DNA from: an uncultured Gammaproteobacteria bacterium
GTDB lineage: Bacteria; Patescibacteriota; Microgenomatia; 2-02-FULL-39-11
Assembly (NCBI GenBank): GCA_964520615.1
Contig: CAZFNL010000120.1
Location: 1-62,105 of the forward strand
Length of the DNA stretch: 62,105 nt
Direction of reading: 5' to 3'
The position numbers were made by a program, and so were the translations under genes. This document shows positions 48,695 to 58,398 of the stretch, in pieces. Within the stretch, counting starts at the first letter, position 1, and each line of letters begins with the position of its first letter. The notes beneath the pieces were generated by a model. That model ran no database searches, had not been told where the DNA came from, and was given only the letters and a program-made list of their open reading frames with translations.

Positions 48695-50194
48695 ATGAAA
48701 CAAAAAATTTCCATCTTTGACACCACACTGCGCGATGGCGAACAGTCGCCGGGGGCTAAACTAAACACTTCCCAAAAAGTGGAGTTGGCAAGACAACTAG
48801 AAAAGTTGGGAGTGAACATCATCGAAGCCGGATTTCCCATCTCTTCACCTGGGGATTTTGAATCAGTCGTGGCCGTCTCAAAAACAGTCAGAAACTGTAC
48901 CGTCTGCGGCCTGACCCGTGCCATAAAAGAAGATATAGAGTGCGCCGCCAAAGCGCTGAAATACGCACAAAGCCCCCGGATACATACCGGAATCGGCGCC
49001 TCAGATGTCCATATAAAATACAAATTCAAATCAAACCGCAAAGATATACTGGAAAGGGCGGTCGAGGCTGTCCTGTATGCCAAAAAATTTGTTTCTGACG
49101 TGGAATTTTACGCTGAAGATGCCGGACGCGCAGATAATCAATTTCTTTCGGAAATGATTATGAAAGTAATAACTGCAGGAGCAACAGTTGTCAATATTCC
49201 CGACACCACCGGTTATTGTTTTCCTGAAGAATTCGGCCCAAAAATAAAATATCTCACCAAAAATGTACCAAATATTGATAAAGCCATCATTTCCGTGCAT
49301 TGTCATAATGATCTGGGTGTAGCTACAGCCAATACATTGTCTGGAGTTTTTAATGGAGCACGGCAGGTAGAAGTAACAATGAACGGAATTGGTGAAAGAG
49401 CAGGAAATACCTCACTTGAAGAAGTAGTCATGGCGCTTTATACACGGCGCGATTATCTGTCTTATTCAACAAGTATTAAGACTGGCGAAATTTACAAAAC
49501 CAGCCAGATGGTCTCGCAGATTATGGGCATTCCTGTCCAACCGAATAAAGCCATAATCGGAGCCAATGCTTTTTCCCATTCATCAGGAATACATCAAGAT
49601 GGAATCCTGAAAAGAAGGGAAAATTACGAAATAATTGATCCAAAGGCTGTAGGATTGACCTCTTCAAAAATTATTCTCACAGCCCGATCAGGCCGAGCAG
49701 CACTCCGTCACAAGCTGGAAAAAATAGGTTTTAATCTGACACATGATAAATTGAACTCTGTCTATCAGAAATTCCTGAAACTGGCGGATATCAAAAAAGA
49801 AATTTATGACGAGGATCTATATTATCTGATGGACCAAAAAGATGAAACAAACCACAAAAAAATAAAACTGGTACTCATCCAAACAATTTCGGGAAATAAA
49901 AATATTCCCACTTCAACCGTAAGACTGTCAGTCAATGGAAAAAATAAGGAAGCTACGGGTACTGGTGACGGCCCAATAGATGCCAGTTTTAATGCGATAG
50001 ACACTTGTTTGGGCCAAAATCATAAACTGACACAATTTCTTATCCAGGCCGCCACAATAGGATCAAATGCCATGGCTAAAGTATACGTGGGAGTACAAGA
50101 CGGCAAAAGGGGATCTTTCGGTTCTGGAACTCACACAGACACCATAGTCGCTGCAGCAATGGCTTACATAGATGCTGTTAATAAGATTCACTAA
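48695..50194 (+). CDS. leuA: 2-isopropylmalate synthase
   Basis: [32 protein letters not shown]-terminal regulatory domain. Confidence 0.96.
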   Translation: MKQKISIFDTTLRDGEQSPGAKLNTSQKVELARQLEKLGVNIIEAGFPISSPGDFESVVAVSKTVRNCTVCGLTRAIKEDIECAAKALKYAQSPRIHTGIGASDVHIKYKFKSNRKDILERAVEAVLYAKKFVSDVEFYAEDAGRADNQFLSEMIMKVITAGATVVNIPDTTGYCFPEEFGPKIKYLTKNVPNIDKAIISVHCHNDLGVATANTLSGVFNGARQVEVTMNGIGERAGNTSLEEVVMALYTRRDYLSYSTSIKTGEIYKTSQMVSQIMGIPVQPNKAIIGANAFSHSSGIHQDGILKRRENYEIIDPKAVGLTSSKIILTARSGRAALRHKLEKIGFNLTHDKLNSVYQKFLKLADIKKEIYDEDLYYLMDQKDETNHKKIKLVLIQTISGNKNIPTSTVRLSVNGKNKEATGTGDGPIDASFNAIDTCLGQNHKLTQFLIQAATIGSNAMAKVYVGVQDGKRGSFGSGTHTDTIVAAAMAYIDAVNKIH

Positions 50195-50195
50195 T

Positions 50196-52097
50196 ATGAT
50201 CACCGATATTTCCGGAAAAGTTACCTCCACCTTTCCCGACGACATAAATACTGACGACATCATACCGGCCTGGACATTGCAGGAATCAACCGACCGTTCA
50301 TTTTTCGGCAGGTATGCTTTTGCAAATTATGATAAGGAATTTATCTCCCGAAACCGGAAAGATGAAAATAATATTCTTGTCGCCGGTGAAAATTTTGGCT
50401 GCGGGTCATCCCGAGAACAGGCGGTCTACGCACTACAGGAAAACTGTGTAAAAGCAGTCATTGCCAAATCATATCCTGATATATTTTTCCGTAATTGCCT
50501 TAATAACGGACTTATATTAATTACAATGACTGATACTACCCAATTTCACAAATCGGACCGACTTGTGATTAATCTTGAGAAAAAGGAAATAAAAATAAAC
50601 GGCAGAAAAACGTTTAGTTTCAAAATGGATGAGACTGTCGCCAAAACATTCATTCTTGGAGGAAAAATCGGAAAAATCAGAAGTCACCTATCCTTATTAT
50701 TGGAAAAACCCGCCAAAAGCCAAAAGGATTATGCCGGAACAAAAATAAAGTCTACTAAACCAAAGACTATCGCAGAAAAAATAATAACAGATCATCTGGG
50801 ATACGAGACTTTTGCAGGTGACAAGCTAGAAAAATTACCCATAGATGTTCTTTTCTTCAATGAAGTCATTGCACCTCCGGCTCTGAAAGACAGTCTTTCT
50901 AATTTTTCCGACATATATGCAAAAAACAAAAAGAAATTTTACGTCTTTGATAAAAAAAGAGTATTTCTTATCCCAGACCATACTGTCCCCTCTTCGTCGG
51001 TTGCGGTTTCCGAAGGAATAGATTTTATGGAGAAGTTTGCCAAAGATCAGGGAATCAAATGCTATAAGGAAGGAGATGGGATAGAACATGTCGTCCTTAT
51101 AGAAGATGGCCAAATCGTTCCCGGAGAAATTATTCTGGGAACGGACTCGCACACTGATACCAATGGGGCGTTAAACACATTGGCTTTTGGCGTCGGCACC
51201 ACTGATGCAAGTTTTGCTCTGCCTACCGGATATCTTTACGATATTGAAATACCAAAAACAATCAGGGTAAATCTTCATGGTAAACTCAGCAATGGTACAT
51301 TCTCCAAAGATATTATTCTTTATTTAATTGGTAAATTGGGAGTAGATGGAGCATCAAGAAGAATAGTCGAGTTTGGTGGCCCGGCCCTCTCCTCTCTCTC
51401 TATGGATGCCAGAACTACTATGGCTAACATGGCTGTGGAGATGGGAGCAAGGACGGCAATTTTTGAGTTTGACAAAATATTGAAAAAATATATCGATGAA
51501 AGAGCCAAGTATCCCTATAAAGCCTATACACCTGATAAAAATTGCAATTATGAAAAAATTATCAATATTGATTTATCCTCTCTTGAACCGATGGTGGCAT
51601 TCCCCCATAAACCTGGTAACGTCACGCCTGTAAGTAAACTAGACCAGTATATGCGTAAATCCCAAAAATCAAAAAATGTGGATTTTGCCAGAGTCAATTC
51701 TCTTAACATAACAGATGCTTTTTTGGGAGCCTGCACAAATGGCCGGTATGAAGACTTTGTGGCGGCGGCAAAGATAATAAAAGGCAGGAAAGTAAACCCG
51801 CAGGTAAACTTTGTAGTTATACCAGCATCAAGAAAAGTCTATAACAAACTACTAAAAGACGGCATACTGACGCTTTTTGCGGATGCCGGGGCCAATATCG
51901 AATCCTCAAACTGCGGACCGTGCTTTGGCAAACATATGGGAGTTGTCGGAACCGGCGCTCAAATGATATCTTCGTCAAACAGAAATTATATCGGCAGAAT
52001 GGGTTCCCGCGAAGCCAAGATTTTTCTGGCCTCACCGGTCACAGTCACCGCTGCTGCAATCGCAGGTAGGATAGTTGATCCCAGAATTTACCTATGA
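50196..52097 (+). CDS. leuDC: Fused 3-isopropylmalate dehydratase, small subunit (N-term) plus large subunit (C-term)
   Basis: DDINTDDIIP, NFGCGSSRE; then DHT, DSHT, GACTNG, CGPC, SSNRN in one frame. Confidence 0.9.
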   Translation: MITDISGKVTSTFPDDINTDDIIPAWTLQESTDRSFFGRYAFANYDKEFISRNRKDENNILVAGENFGCGSSREQAVYALQENCVKAVIAKSYPDIFFRNCLNNGLILITMTDTTQFHKSDRLVINLEKKEIKINGRKTFSFKMDETVAKTFILGGKIGKIRSHLSLLLEKPAKSQKDYAGTKIKSTKPKTIAEKIITDHLGYETFAGDKLEKLPIDVLFFNEVIAPPALKDSLSNFSDIYAKNKKKFYVFDKKRVFLIPDHTVPSSSVAVSEGIDFMEKFAKDQGIKCYKEGDGIEHVVLIEDGQIVPGEIILGTDSHTDTNGALNTLAFGVGTTDASFALPTGYLYDIEIPKTIRVNLHGKLSNGTFSKDIILYLIGKLGVDGASRRIVEFGGPALSSLSMDARTTMANMAVEMGARTAIFEFDKILKKYIDERAKYPYKAYTPDKNCNYEKIINIDLSSLEPMVAFPHKPGNVTPVSKLDQYMRKSQKSKNVDFARVNSLNITDAFLGACTNGRYEDFVAAAKIIKGRKVNPQVNFVVIPASRKVYNKLLKDGILTLFADAGANIESSNCGPCFGKHMGVVGTGAQMISSSNRNYIGRMGSREAKIFLASPVTVTAAAIAGRIVDPRIYL

Positions 52098-53167
52098 AAA
52101 AGAAAATAGCATTATTAGCAGGAGACGGTGTAGGCCCGGAAGTAACCAGAGAAGCGGTAAAAGTACTGAAAAAAGTCGGGGAGGAATTCAATCACCAGTT
52201 TATCTTTCAGGAAGGTCTTATAGGTAGTATTGCCATAGATAAGACTGGCGGCCCGCTCCCGCCTGAAACTCTGAAACTCTGTAAAAGTTCCGATGCTATA
52301 CTTTTTGGCGCAATTGGAGATCCAAAATATGACAACAACCCTGAAGCAAAAATAAGACCAGAACAAGGCCTTTTGAAATTGCGTAAATCTCTTGAACTTT
52401 TTGCCAACATCCGTCCAATTATACTATTTGAAAACTTATCAGAAATCTCACCACTCAAAAAAGAAAGAGTAGAAGGAGTTGATATGGTTGTTGTCAGAGA
52501 ACTTACTGGAGGTATCTATTTTGGCCAACCAAGGTTGCGGAAAAATAAGGGAAATACTGCAGTTGACACGTCAATTTATTCAAAAGAAGAAGTCATAAGA
52601 ATTGCTAAAGTAGCTTTTAATCTTGCACAAAAACGCCAAAAAAGAGTCACAAGCATCGACAAAGCCAATGTACTTGAAACATCAAGATTGTGGCGGGAAA
52701 CTGTGGAAAAAGTTGCCCGAAGTTTTCCATCAGTAACACTAAATCATATGTTTGTTGATAATGCCGCCATGCAAATAATTAAAAATCCGGCGCAATTTGA
52801 TGTCATTTTAACGGAAAATATGTTTGGGGATATCCTTACTGACGAAGCATCAGTTATAAGCGGGTCTATTGGCCTTCTTCCGTCAGCCTCAATAGGCGAA
52901 AAATACTCCTTATTTGAACCAATCCATGGTGCCTATAACAAAGCGGTAGGAAAAAATACTGCAAACCCCTTGGCTGCCATCCTCTCTATAGTAATGATGT
53001 TAAGGATTAGTTTCCGTATGGAAAATGAGGCAAAAATCGTAGAAAAAGCTATTGGGAAATTTATCAAATCAGGCTACCGCACTCACGATATAAAAGACAA
53101 AAATACGCCTGAAAGTAAAATCTTGGGCACAAAAGAGACAGGGGATAAAATAGTCTCTTGTATCTAA
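52094..53167 (+). CDS. leuB: 3-isopropylmalate dehydrogenase
   Basis: GDGVGPE, VRELTGGIYFG, DKANVL, NMFGDILTDEAS, EPIHG. Confidence 0.96.
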   Translation: MKKKIALLAGDGVGPEVTREAVKVLKKVGEEFNHQFIFQEGLIGSIAIDKTGGPLPPETLKLCKSSDAILFGAIGDPKYDNNPEAKIRPEQGLLKLRKSLELFANIRPIILFENLSEISPLKKERVEGVDMVVVRELTGGIYFGQPRLRKNKGNTAVDTSIYSKEEVIRIAKVAFNLAQKRQKRVTSIDKANVLETSRLWRETVEKVARSFPSVTLNHMFVDNAAMQIIKNPAQFDVILTENMFGDILTDEASVISGSIGLLPSASIGEKYSLFEPIHGAYNKAVGKNTANPLAAILSIVMMLRISFRMENEAKIVEKAIGKFIKSGYRTHDIKDKNTPESKILGTKETGDKIVSCI

Positions 53168-53186
53168 TAATTCCAAAGAATAATTT

Positions 53187-53495
53187 TTACGATATTTTGA
53201 CTCCTACGAAATCAATCTTTGGAAAATAAATCCTGACTTCCTTCCAAAATTTATCAGCAAGCCCTGCCGAAAACACTCCGTATTGTCCCCGTTCGCTTTG
53301 ACTGCACAACTTTCTTTCCCATTCCCTAATCTCATCTACTACTTCCTTACCTAGCTTGTTGAATTCATTTTCATACTTGACGGGATCAAGCATATAACTG
53401 TCATGTATGCGCTTAAACTCGGTAAAAAGATATTCATTCTTATCCATCATTTCTCGAAAATATTTTTGGTATTTGGTCATATTTTTGTCAGCCAA
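53187..53495 (-). CDS. Conserved hypothetical protein
   Basis: 102-aa ORF; EIREWERKLC..FWKEVR. Confidence 0.65.
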   Translation of the reverse strand: MADKNMTKYQKYFREMMDKNEYLFTEFKRIHDSYMLDPVKYENEFNKLGKEVVDEIREWERKLCSQSERGQYGVFSAGLADKFWKEVRIYFPKIDFVGVKIS

Positions 53496-54400
53496 GCGGC
53501 ATATTTCTTATCCTTGCCACGGACAATGTCAAAAAAAAGTTTTTGAATTTTCCCCGTAATTGGCCCCATTCCCCCTTCACCTATTGTCCGTCCGTCAACC
53601 TCTGTAATCCAAGCGACTTGAGCTCCGGTCCCGGAAAGGAAAGCTTCATCAGCTATATAAACTTCTGTCCTGTCTATTTCTCTTTCCTCAATAGAAATCT
53701 TTAATTCACCCGCCAATTCTAGAATAGTTCTCCTTGTTATACCTTCAAGGACATCATTATATTTTGGGCTTGTTATAAGTATCCCGTCCCTTATCATAAA
53801 GAAATTTGCCCCACTTCCCTCAGCCAAATGACCGTCGGAAGAAAGCATAAGAGCGTCATCACAACCCAGTTTAGCTGCATCCCCTTTAGCAAGGGAAGAA
53901 TTGATATATCCTCCCGTCACTTTAGCCCGGGAAGGAATCATATTATCATTTATCCTGACCCAATTGGAAATAGCCAGCTTCAAACCCTTACTCACGGGCA
54001 AATATTCTCCCAGAGGAATCATATACATGGCAAAATCAAATTCCAGTTTACTTAAATCAGGTGAAATTTCAAAATTCTTGGCATAAGCAAATGGACGGAA
54101 GTAACAATCGGTTCTAGGATTGTTTTTCCTGGCCAGTTCCACTGTGATATCAATAAGATGTTTCTGGCTATATCGAATAGATTTATTTAAAATTTTCAGG
54201 GAACTTAAAAATCTTTTATAGTGGTCACTCACTCTAAAAATATTTACAGATCTTTTACCCTCGGCAACGTACCCTCTTATACCGCCAAAAATACCATTGC
54301 CGTATTGGAGAGCATTGGTCATGATGTTGACACGTGCAAGCTCAGTAGGAACTATTTTCCCCTCAAAAAAAGCAAAAGGGAAAGATTTTGATTCAGCCAT
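53477..54400 (-). CDS. ilvE: Branched-chain amino acid aminotransferase
   Basis: LQYGNGIFGG, AKVTGGY, EGSGAN, LEGITR, LSGTGA. Confidence 0.93.
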   Translation of the reverse strand: MAESKSFPFAFFEGKIVPTELARVNIMTNALQYGNGIFGGIRGYVAEGKRSVNIFRVSDHYKRFLSSLKILNKSIRYSQKHLIDITVELARKNNPRTDCYFRPFAYAKNFEISPDLSKLEFDFAMYMIPLGEYLPVSKGLKLAISNWVRINDNMIPSRAKVTGGYINSSLAKGDAAKLGCDDALMLSSDGHLAEGSGANFFMIRDGILITSPKYNDVLEGITRRTILELAGELKISIEEREIDRTEVYIADEAFLSGTGAQVAWITEVDGRTIGEGGMGPITGKIQKLFFDIVRGKDKKYAAWLTKI

Positions 54401-54406
54401 ATTATT

Positions 54407-54835
54407 TTAGTCGCAGCAGCTGCAATTACCCTCGCCGCAACATTCTCCTTTCTTATCTTTTGTAAAAGCTATACATTCTATCTCAACTAAAGCATCCTTT
54501 GGCAATTTAGCTACAGCAATAGTTGCCCGCGCCGGATACGGCTTGGAAAAAAAGGTGGCATAAACTTCATTCATAGAGGCAAAATCATCCATGCTTTTCA
54601 GATAAACAGTGGTCTTTAACACGTTTTCCATACCAGAACCGGCTGCAGAAAGAATATTCTTTATATTCTCTAAAGCAAGTTTCGTCTGTTCTTTTATCCC
54701 TTTATCGCTTAATATGTTTGTTTTTGGATCCGCTCCTATGTTACCAGCGCAAAAAACCAGATTACCCAGCTTGACAGCTTGTGAATATGGTCCTATGGCC
54801 GATGGAGCCTTTTTGGTATCAACTTCAATTTTCAT
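54407..54835 (-). CDS. ridA: RidA/YjgF enamine-imine deaminase
   Basis: IGPYSQA, YPARAT, LVEIE; Cys-rich tail CCGEGNCSCCD. Confidence 0.92.
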   Translation of the reverse strand: MKIEVDTKKAPSAIGPYSQAVKLGNLVFCAGNIGADPKTNILSDKGIKEQTKLALENIKNILSAAGSGMENVLKTTVYLKSMDDFASMNEVYATFFSKPYPARATIAVAKLPKDALVEIECIAFTKDKKGECCGEGNCSCCD

Positions 54836-54871
54836 AATAGTACCTCCTTACAATAAAGTTTATATTCACTA

Positions 54872-56749
54872 TCAGGATTTCTTCGCACTATTTTTAGATT
54901 GTTCTTTCAACTGATAGGCTAGCTCATTATAACCTTTTTCAAATGCTTCTATCGACGCCACAATAATATCAGGGGATGTGCCTTTCTCAATTACTTGAGT
55001 TCCATTCTCATGTTGTAAGACCATACTTGCTTCTACAGTAGCATCGCTTCCTGTTGTAGGTATCTCTACGTTAAAATCGGTAAGGCGGAATTCCCCTCCA
55101 TTTTTGCGTTTGATAATTGAGGATATTGCGTTTATTGCTGCGTCTACCGGTCCCACTCCTTCGCTTTCATTTTCAAATTCGCGACCGTTAAGGCTAATTT
55201 TGACATATGCCCTGGGTTTATTTCTTTTGGAAGTCTCGATTCTAAAATCCAAAACGTCCAGTGTCTTTTTTCTTCTCTCATCCTGCATGATAGTCTCTAT
55301 TATTGACTGAAGATCAGCTTTCACGATATTTTTCCCTTTTACGATAATAAACTTACCAATCACTTTTTTGATTATTTTTAGCGATTCTATATCCAATTCC
55401 AGTCGGAATTCACGCTTGATGACTTTTTTCAACTCGATCTCTTCGGGTACTTTGGTAAATAAGACTTTTTCTTTATCGCCTACTCCTCCTGCTCTAAGAG
55501 ACAGAATGCCGCTTTTTATCACTTTTAAGGCTTCAGAAAGTATCGGTTCGATTGTTGGTGGATCAGCCAAAACTTTTAGCGTTGTGGCAGGATCTTTCAA
55601 ACCTGCCCCAGTTGCCACACAAACCACTACATCATTTTCTTTTATAATCTTCTGTTTCGCCAGTCTTTGAAGCGCTACAATCGAAGTAGCTGATGAAGGC
55701 TCTATATATAGCGCTTCCATCTTAGCAAGAGTCTGCTGAGCGGAAAGCGTCTCATCATCTGATACTGCTATGGCTGTCCCGTGTGACTCTTTCAGAGCTT
55801 TGAGCACTTTGGGGTAATCAATTGGCATCCCGCAGGCAATAGCAGAACATATAGTTTGGGGTTTATCCAATGGCTTTATCTCAGAGTGAGTTATAAAAGC
55901 TGTTACTATTGTTGACGCTCCCTCAGCCTGAACAGCCACCATTTTCGGGAGCTGGGAAATAAGGCCAAACTCAAAATATTCCTTAAATCCTTTCCAAATA
56001 TAAGATAAGTTTGTTCCCATTCCCACCGGCACTATTACCCAGTCAATTTTACCAAACCACATCTGCTCGCAAACTTCAAATGCCAGTGATTTCTGGCCTT
56101 CACCTCTAAAAGCATAATCTCCGGCCAGGTAATAACCGAACTGCGCCGCAACTTTTACTGTAAGGTTAAAAGCATCAGAGTAAGTACCGCGCACCTGGAT
56201 TACCCGCGCTCCATAAGAAATGGCCTGAGCCAACTTGCCGCGCGGCGTATTTTCAGGCACAAATACATAACACTCCAAACCTGCCTGAGCAGAATATGCA
56301 GCAACGGATGCTGCCATATTTCCGGTTGAAGCAACACAGACGCTCTTAAAACCTAATTCTTTTGCCTTATTTATTTCTACAAAACTTCCCCTATCCTTAA
56401 AAGCCCCTGTGGGATTGAGACCTTCATTTTTCAGGTAAATTCTGGAAAGTCCTAACTTACTGCCAAGTTTTGGCAAATTATGGAGCTGTGTTCCCCCCTC
56501 ACCAAGCGAGCTTAAATTATTCCTATCAATTAAAGGGTAAAAATCAAGATATTTTATTGTTTTGGGAGGGGTATTTTGCATCACATAGAAATTCATTCCA
56601 TCTTTTAGCTTTGAATAATCATAGATTACGTCAAGAGGGCCGCCACAACTTCTGCAGACGGTAGTATTTTCTTTTTCGTTAACCTTTTTATGACAAAGGA
56701 AACATTCTATATGATAGAAATAGTCATCTGATATCATTTTTTCTTCCAA
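54872..56749 (-). CDS. thrC: Threonine synthase-like PLP enzyme fused to a LeuA-type C-terminal regulatory domain
   Basis: NPTGAFKDRG, ASTGN, EGQKS, EPSSA, TGAGLK; C-term GVGPVDAA...GSDATVEA...DIIVAS. Confidence 0.82.
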   Translation of the reverse strand: MEEKMISDDYFYHIECFLCHKKVNEKENTTVCRSCGGPLDVIYDYSKLKDGMNFYVMQNTPPKTIKYLDFYPLIDRNNLSSLGEGGTQLHNLPKLGSKLGLSRIYLKNEGLNPTGAFKDRGSFVEINKAKELGFKSVCVASTGNMAASVAAYSAQAGLECYVFVPENTPRGKLAQAISYGARVIQVRGTYSDAFNLTVKVAAQFGYYLAGDYAFRGEGQKSLAFEVCEQMWFGKIDWVIVPVGMGTNLSYIWKGFKEYFEFGLISQLPKMVAVQAEGASTIVTAFITHSEIKPLDKPQTICSAIACGMPIDYPKVLKALKESHGTAIAVSDDETLSAQQTLAKMEALYIEPSSATSIVALQRLAKQKIIKENDVVVCVATGAGLKDPATTLKVLADPPTIEPILSEALKVIKSGILSLRAGGVGDKEKVLFTKVPEEIELKKVIKREFRLELDIESLKIIKKVIGKFIIVKGKNIVKADLQSIIETIMQDERRKKTLDVLDFRIETSKRNKPRAYVKISLNGREFENESEGVGPVDAAINAISSIIKRKNGGEFRLTDFNVEIPTTGSDATVEASMVLQHENGTQVIEKGTSPDIIVASIEAFEKGYNELAYQLKEQSKNSAKKS

Positions 56750-57789
56750 TTTTCAGGACGCAGAGACCTTACAGTAGCGCCTGCCCTCCACATCTCCATA
56801 TTTCTCATTTCTGACAATTCTTTTTCAAGTTTTTTCCTATAATCCTTTGCTGAATTTGCCTTCAATACTCGTTGTGCTTCTTTTCCGATCTTGACAGAAG
56901 AATAGAGCCTCCTGAAAACCGGAGCTACAGCGTCTCTAAACTCTCCTTTCCAATCAAGAGCACCTCTTTGAGCGGTAGTTGAACAGTTGGCATACATCCA
57001 GTCCATTCCGTTTTCCGCAACCATCCTGATAAGACTTTGGGTCAACTCTTCCACTGTTTCGTTAAAAGCTTCAGATGGCGTGTGTCCTCGTCTTCTGAAT
57101 TCATTAAACTGCGCCTCCATTATCCCTTCAAGCGCTCCCATAAGTACTCCCCGCTCCCCTGTCAAGTCGCTGTAGACTTCTTTCTCAAACGTGGTTTCAA
57201 AAAGAAAACCTGATCCCACACCGATACCCATTGCCATAACTCTCTCCTTTGCCCGGCCTGTAGCATCTTGGAAGACGGCAAAACTACTATTTATCCCGCT
57301 TCCGGCAAGGAAATTCTGCCTTACAGATCTTCCAGCACCTTTAGGAGCTATAAGGATAACGTCTGTATCTTTTGGAGGAATAATCTTGGTATATTTCCTG
57401 TAAGTGATACCAAATCCGTGGGAAAAATAGAGTGCTTTACCGGCAGTCAGATATTTTTTCACTTTTGGCCACAGAGCCACCTGCCCGGCATCAGAAAGCA
57501 GATAGGCCAATATCGTACCTTTTTCTGCCGCTTCCTCAATAGAAAAGAGGGTCTTTCCTTTTTTCCACCCATCCTTTACAGCCTTATCCCAGGAAGATGA
57601 AGGTGACCGTTGACCGATAATCACATTCACACCGTTATCTTGCAGATTCATCGCTTGTGCCGGACCCTGAACTCCATAACCAAGTACCGCAACTATTTCA
57701 TTTTTTAATACCTGGCGGGCGCGATCTAGCGGAAACTCCTGCCTCGTCACTACATTTTCGGTAACATCACCAAATTTCATCTTTGCCAT
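56734..57789 (-). CDS. ilvC: Ketol-acid reductoisomerase
   Basis: GYGVQG, SDLTGERGVLMG, AQRGALDW; start MAKM at 57789. Confidence 0.94.
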   Translation of the reverse strand: MAKMKFGDVTENVVTRQEFPLDRARQVLKNEIVAVLGYGVQGPAQAMNLQDNGVNVIIGQRSPSSSWDKAVKDGWKKGKTLFSIEEAAEKGTILAYLLSDAGQVALWPKVKKYLTAGKALYFSHGFGITYRKYTKIIPPKDTDVILIAPKGAGRSVRQNFLAGSGINSSFAVFQDATGRAKERVMAMGIGVGSGFLFETTFEKEVYSDLTGERGVLMGALEGIMEAQFNEFRRRGHTPSEAFNETVEELTQSLIRMVAENGMDWMYANCSTTAQRGALDWKGEFRDAVAPVFRRLYSSVKIGKEAQRVLKANSAKDYRKKLEKELSEMRNMEMWRAGATVRSLRPENWKKK

Positions 57790-57799
57790 AGAAAACTCC

Positions 57800-58288
57800 T
57801 TATTTATATAATGCGGTTCTTCCGGTCCGCACAAACTCAATAATGCCGAATTTCTTCATATTTTCATAAAAGGCATCAATTTTCTCCTCTTCACCGGTAA
57901 TCTCTAGCACCATATATTCTGGATGAATATTTACTACATGAGCTCTAAAATGATCGGCAATGTTGGATACTTCAATTCTAGCTCCTGGCTTTCTTATGGA
58001 AACCTTTAGAAGCGCAAGTTCTCTGGCAACAATTTCTCCTGGTGCTGGATCGCTTACTTTTAAAACTTCAATAATCCGGTAAAGTTGTTTGCTCATTTTC
58101 TCAACAATGTCTTTTTCTCCCCGCACCAATATCGTAAATCGCGAAATCAGGGGATTTTCTGTATGTGATACCGTCAGACTCTCGATATTAAACCGCCTTT
58201 TGCGGATAAGGCCTGCAATCCGGAAAAGGACTCCCGGTCGGTTTTGTACAGACACGATTAAAGTTGACAAATTATTCTTAGTCTCCAT
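57800..58288 (-). CDS. ilvN: Acetolactate synthase small subunit
   Basis: NRPGVL, FNIESL, VRTGRTAL. Confidence 0.93.
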   Translation of the reverse strand: METKNNLSTLIVSVQNRPGVLFRIAGLIRKRRFNIESLTVSHTENPLISRFTILVRGEKDIVEKMSKQLYRIIEVLKVSDPAPGEIVARELALLKVSIRKPGARIEVSNIADHFRAHVVNIHPEYMVLEITGEEEKIDAFYENMKKFGIIEFVRTGRTALYK

Positions 58289-58296
58289 AAATCTTA

Positions 58297-58317
58297 TTTA
58301 CGCTTTACGCTAAACGC
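58297..58317. repeat. Heptamer tandem array (TTTACGC)2-TAAACGC
   Basis: Seen directly. Confidence 0.75.
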
Positions 58318-58322
58318 TAATT

Positions 58323-58358
58323 TTACTCCAGTATAATTTCATCCACGGCCGCACCAGC
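58323..58358 (-). pseudogene. Recoded duplicate of the ilvB C-terminus (AGAAVDEIILE*)
   Basis: Aligns to 58399-58434, offset 76; 17-bp identity block. Confidence 0.9.
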
Positions 58359-58398
58359 ACCACTTTTATAACATATCCTACTAAAACTATGATTATTG

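Noticed and set aside
48517-49083. 188-aa antisense ORF over leuA and the many other short antisense or nested ORFs
   Set aside because: Shadow frames of conserved genes with no recognisable motifs.
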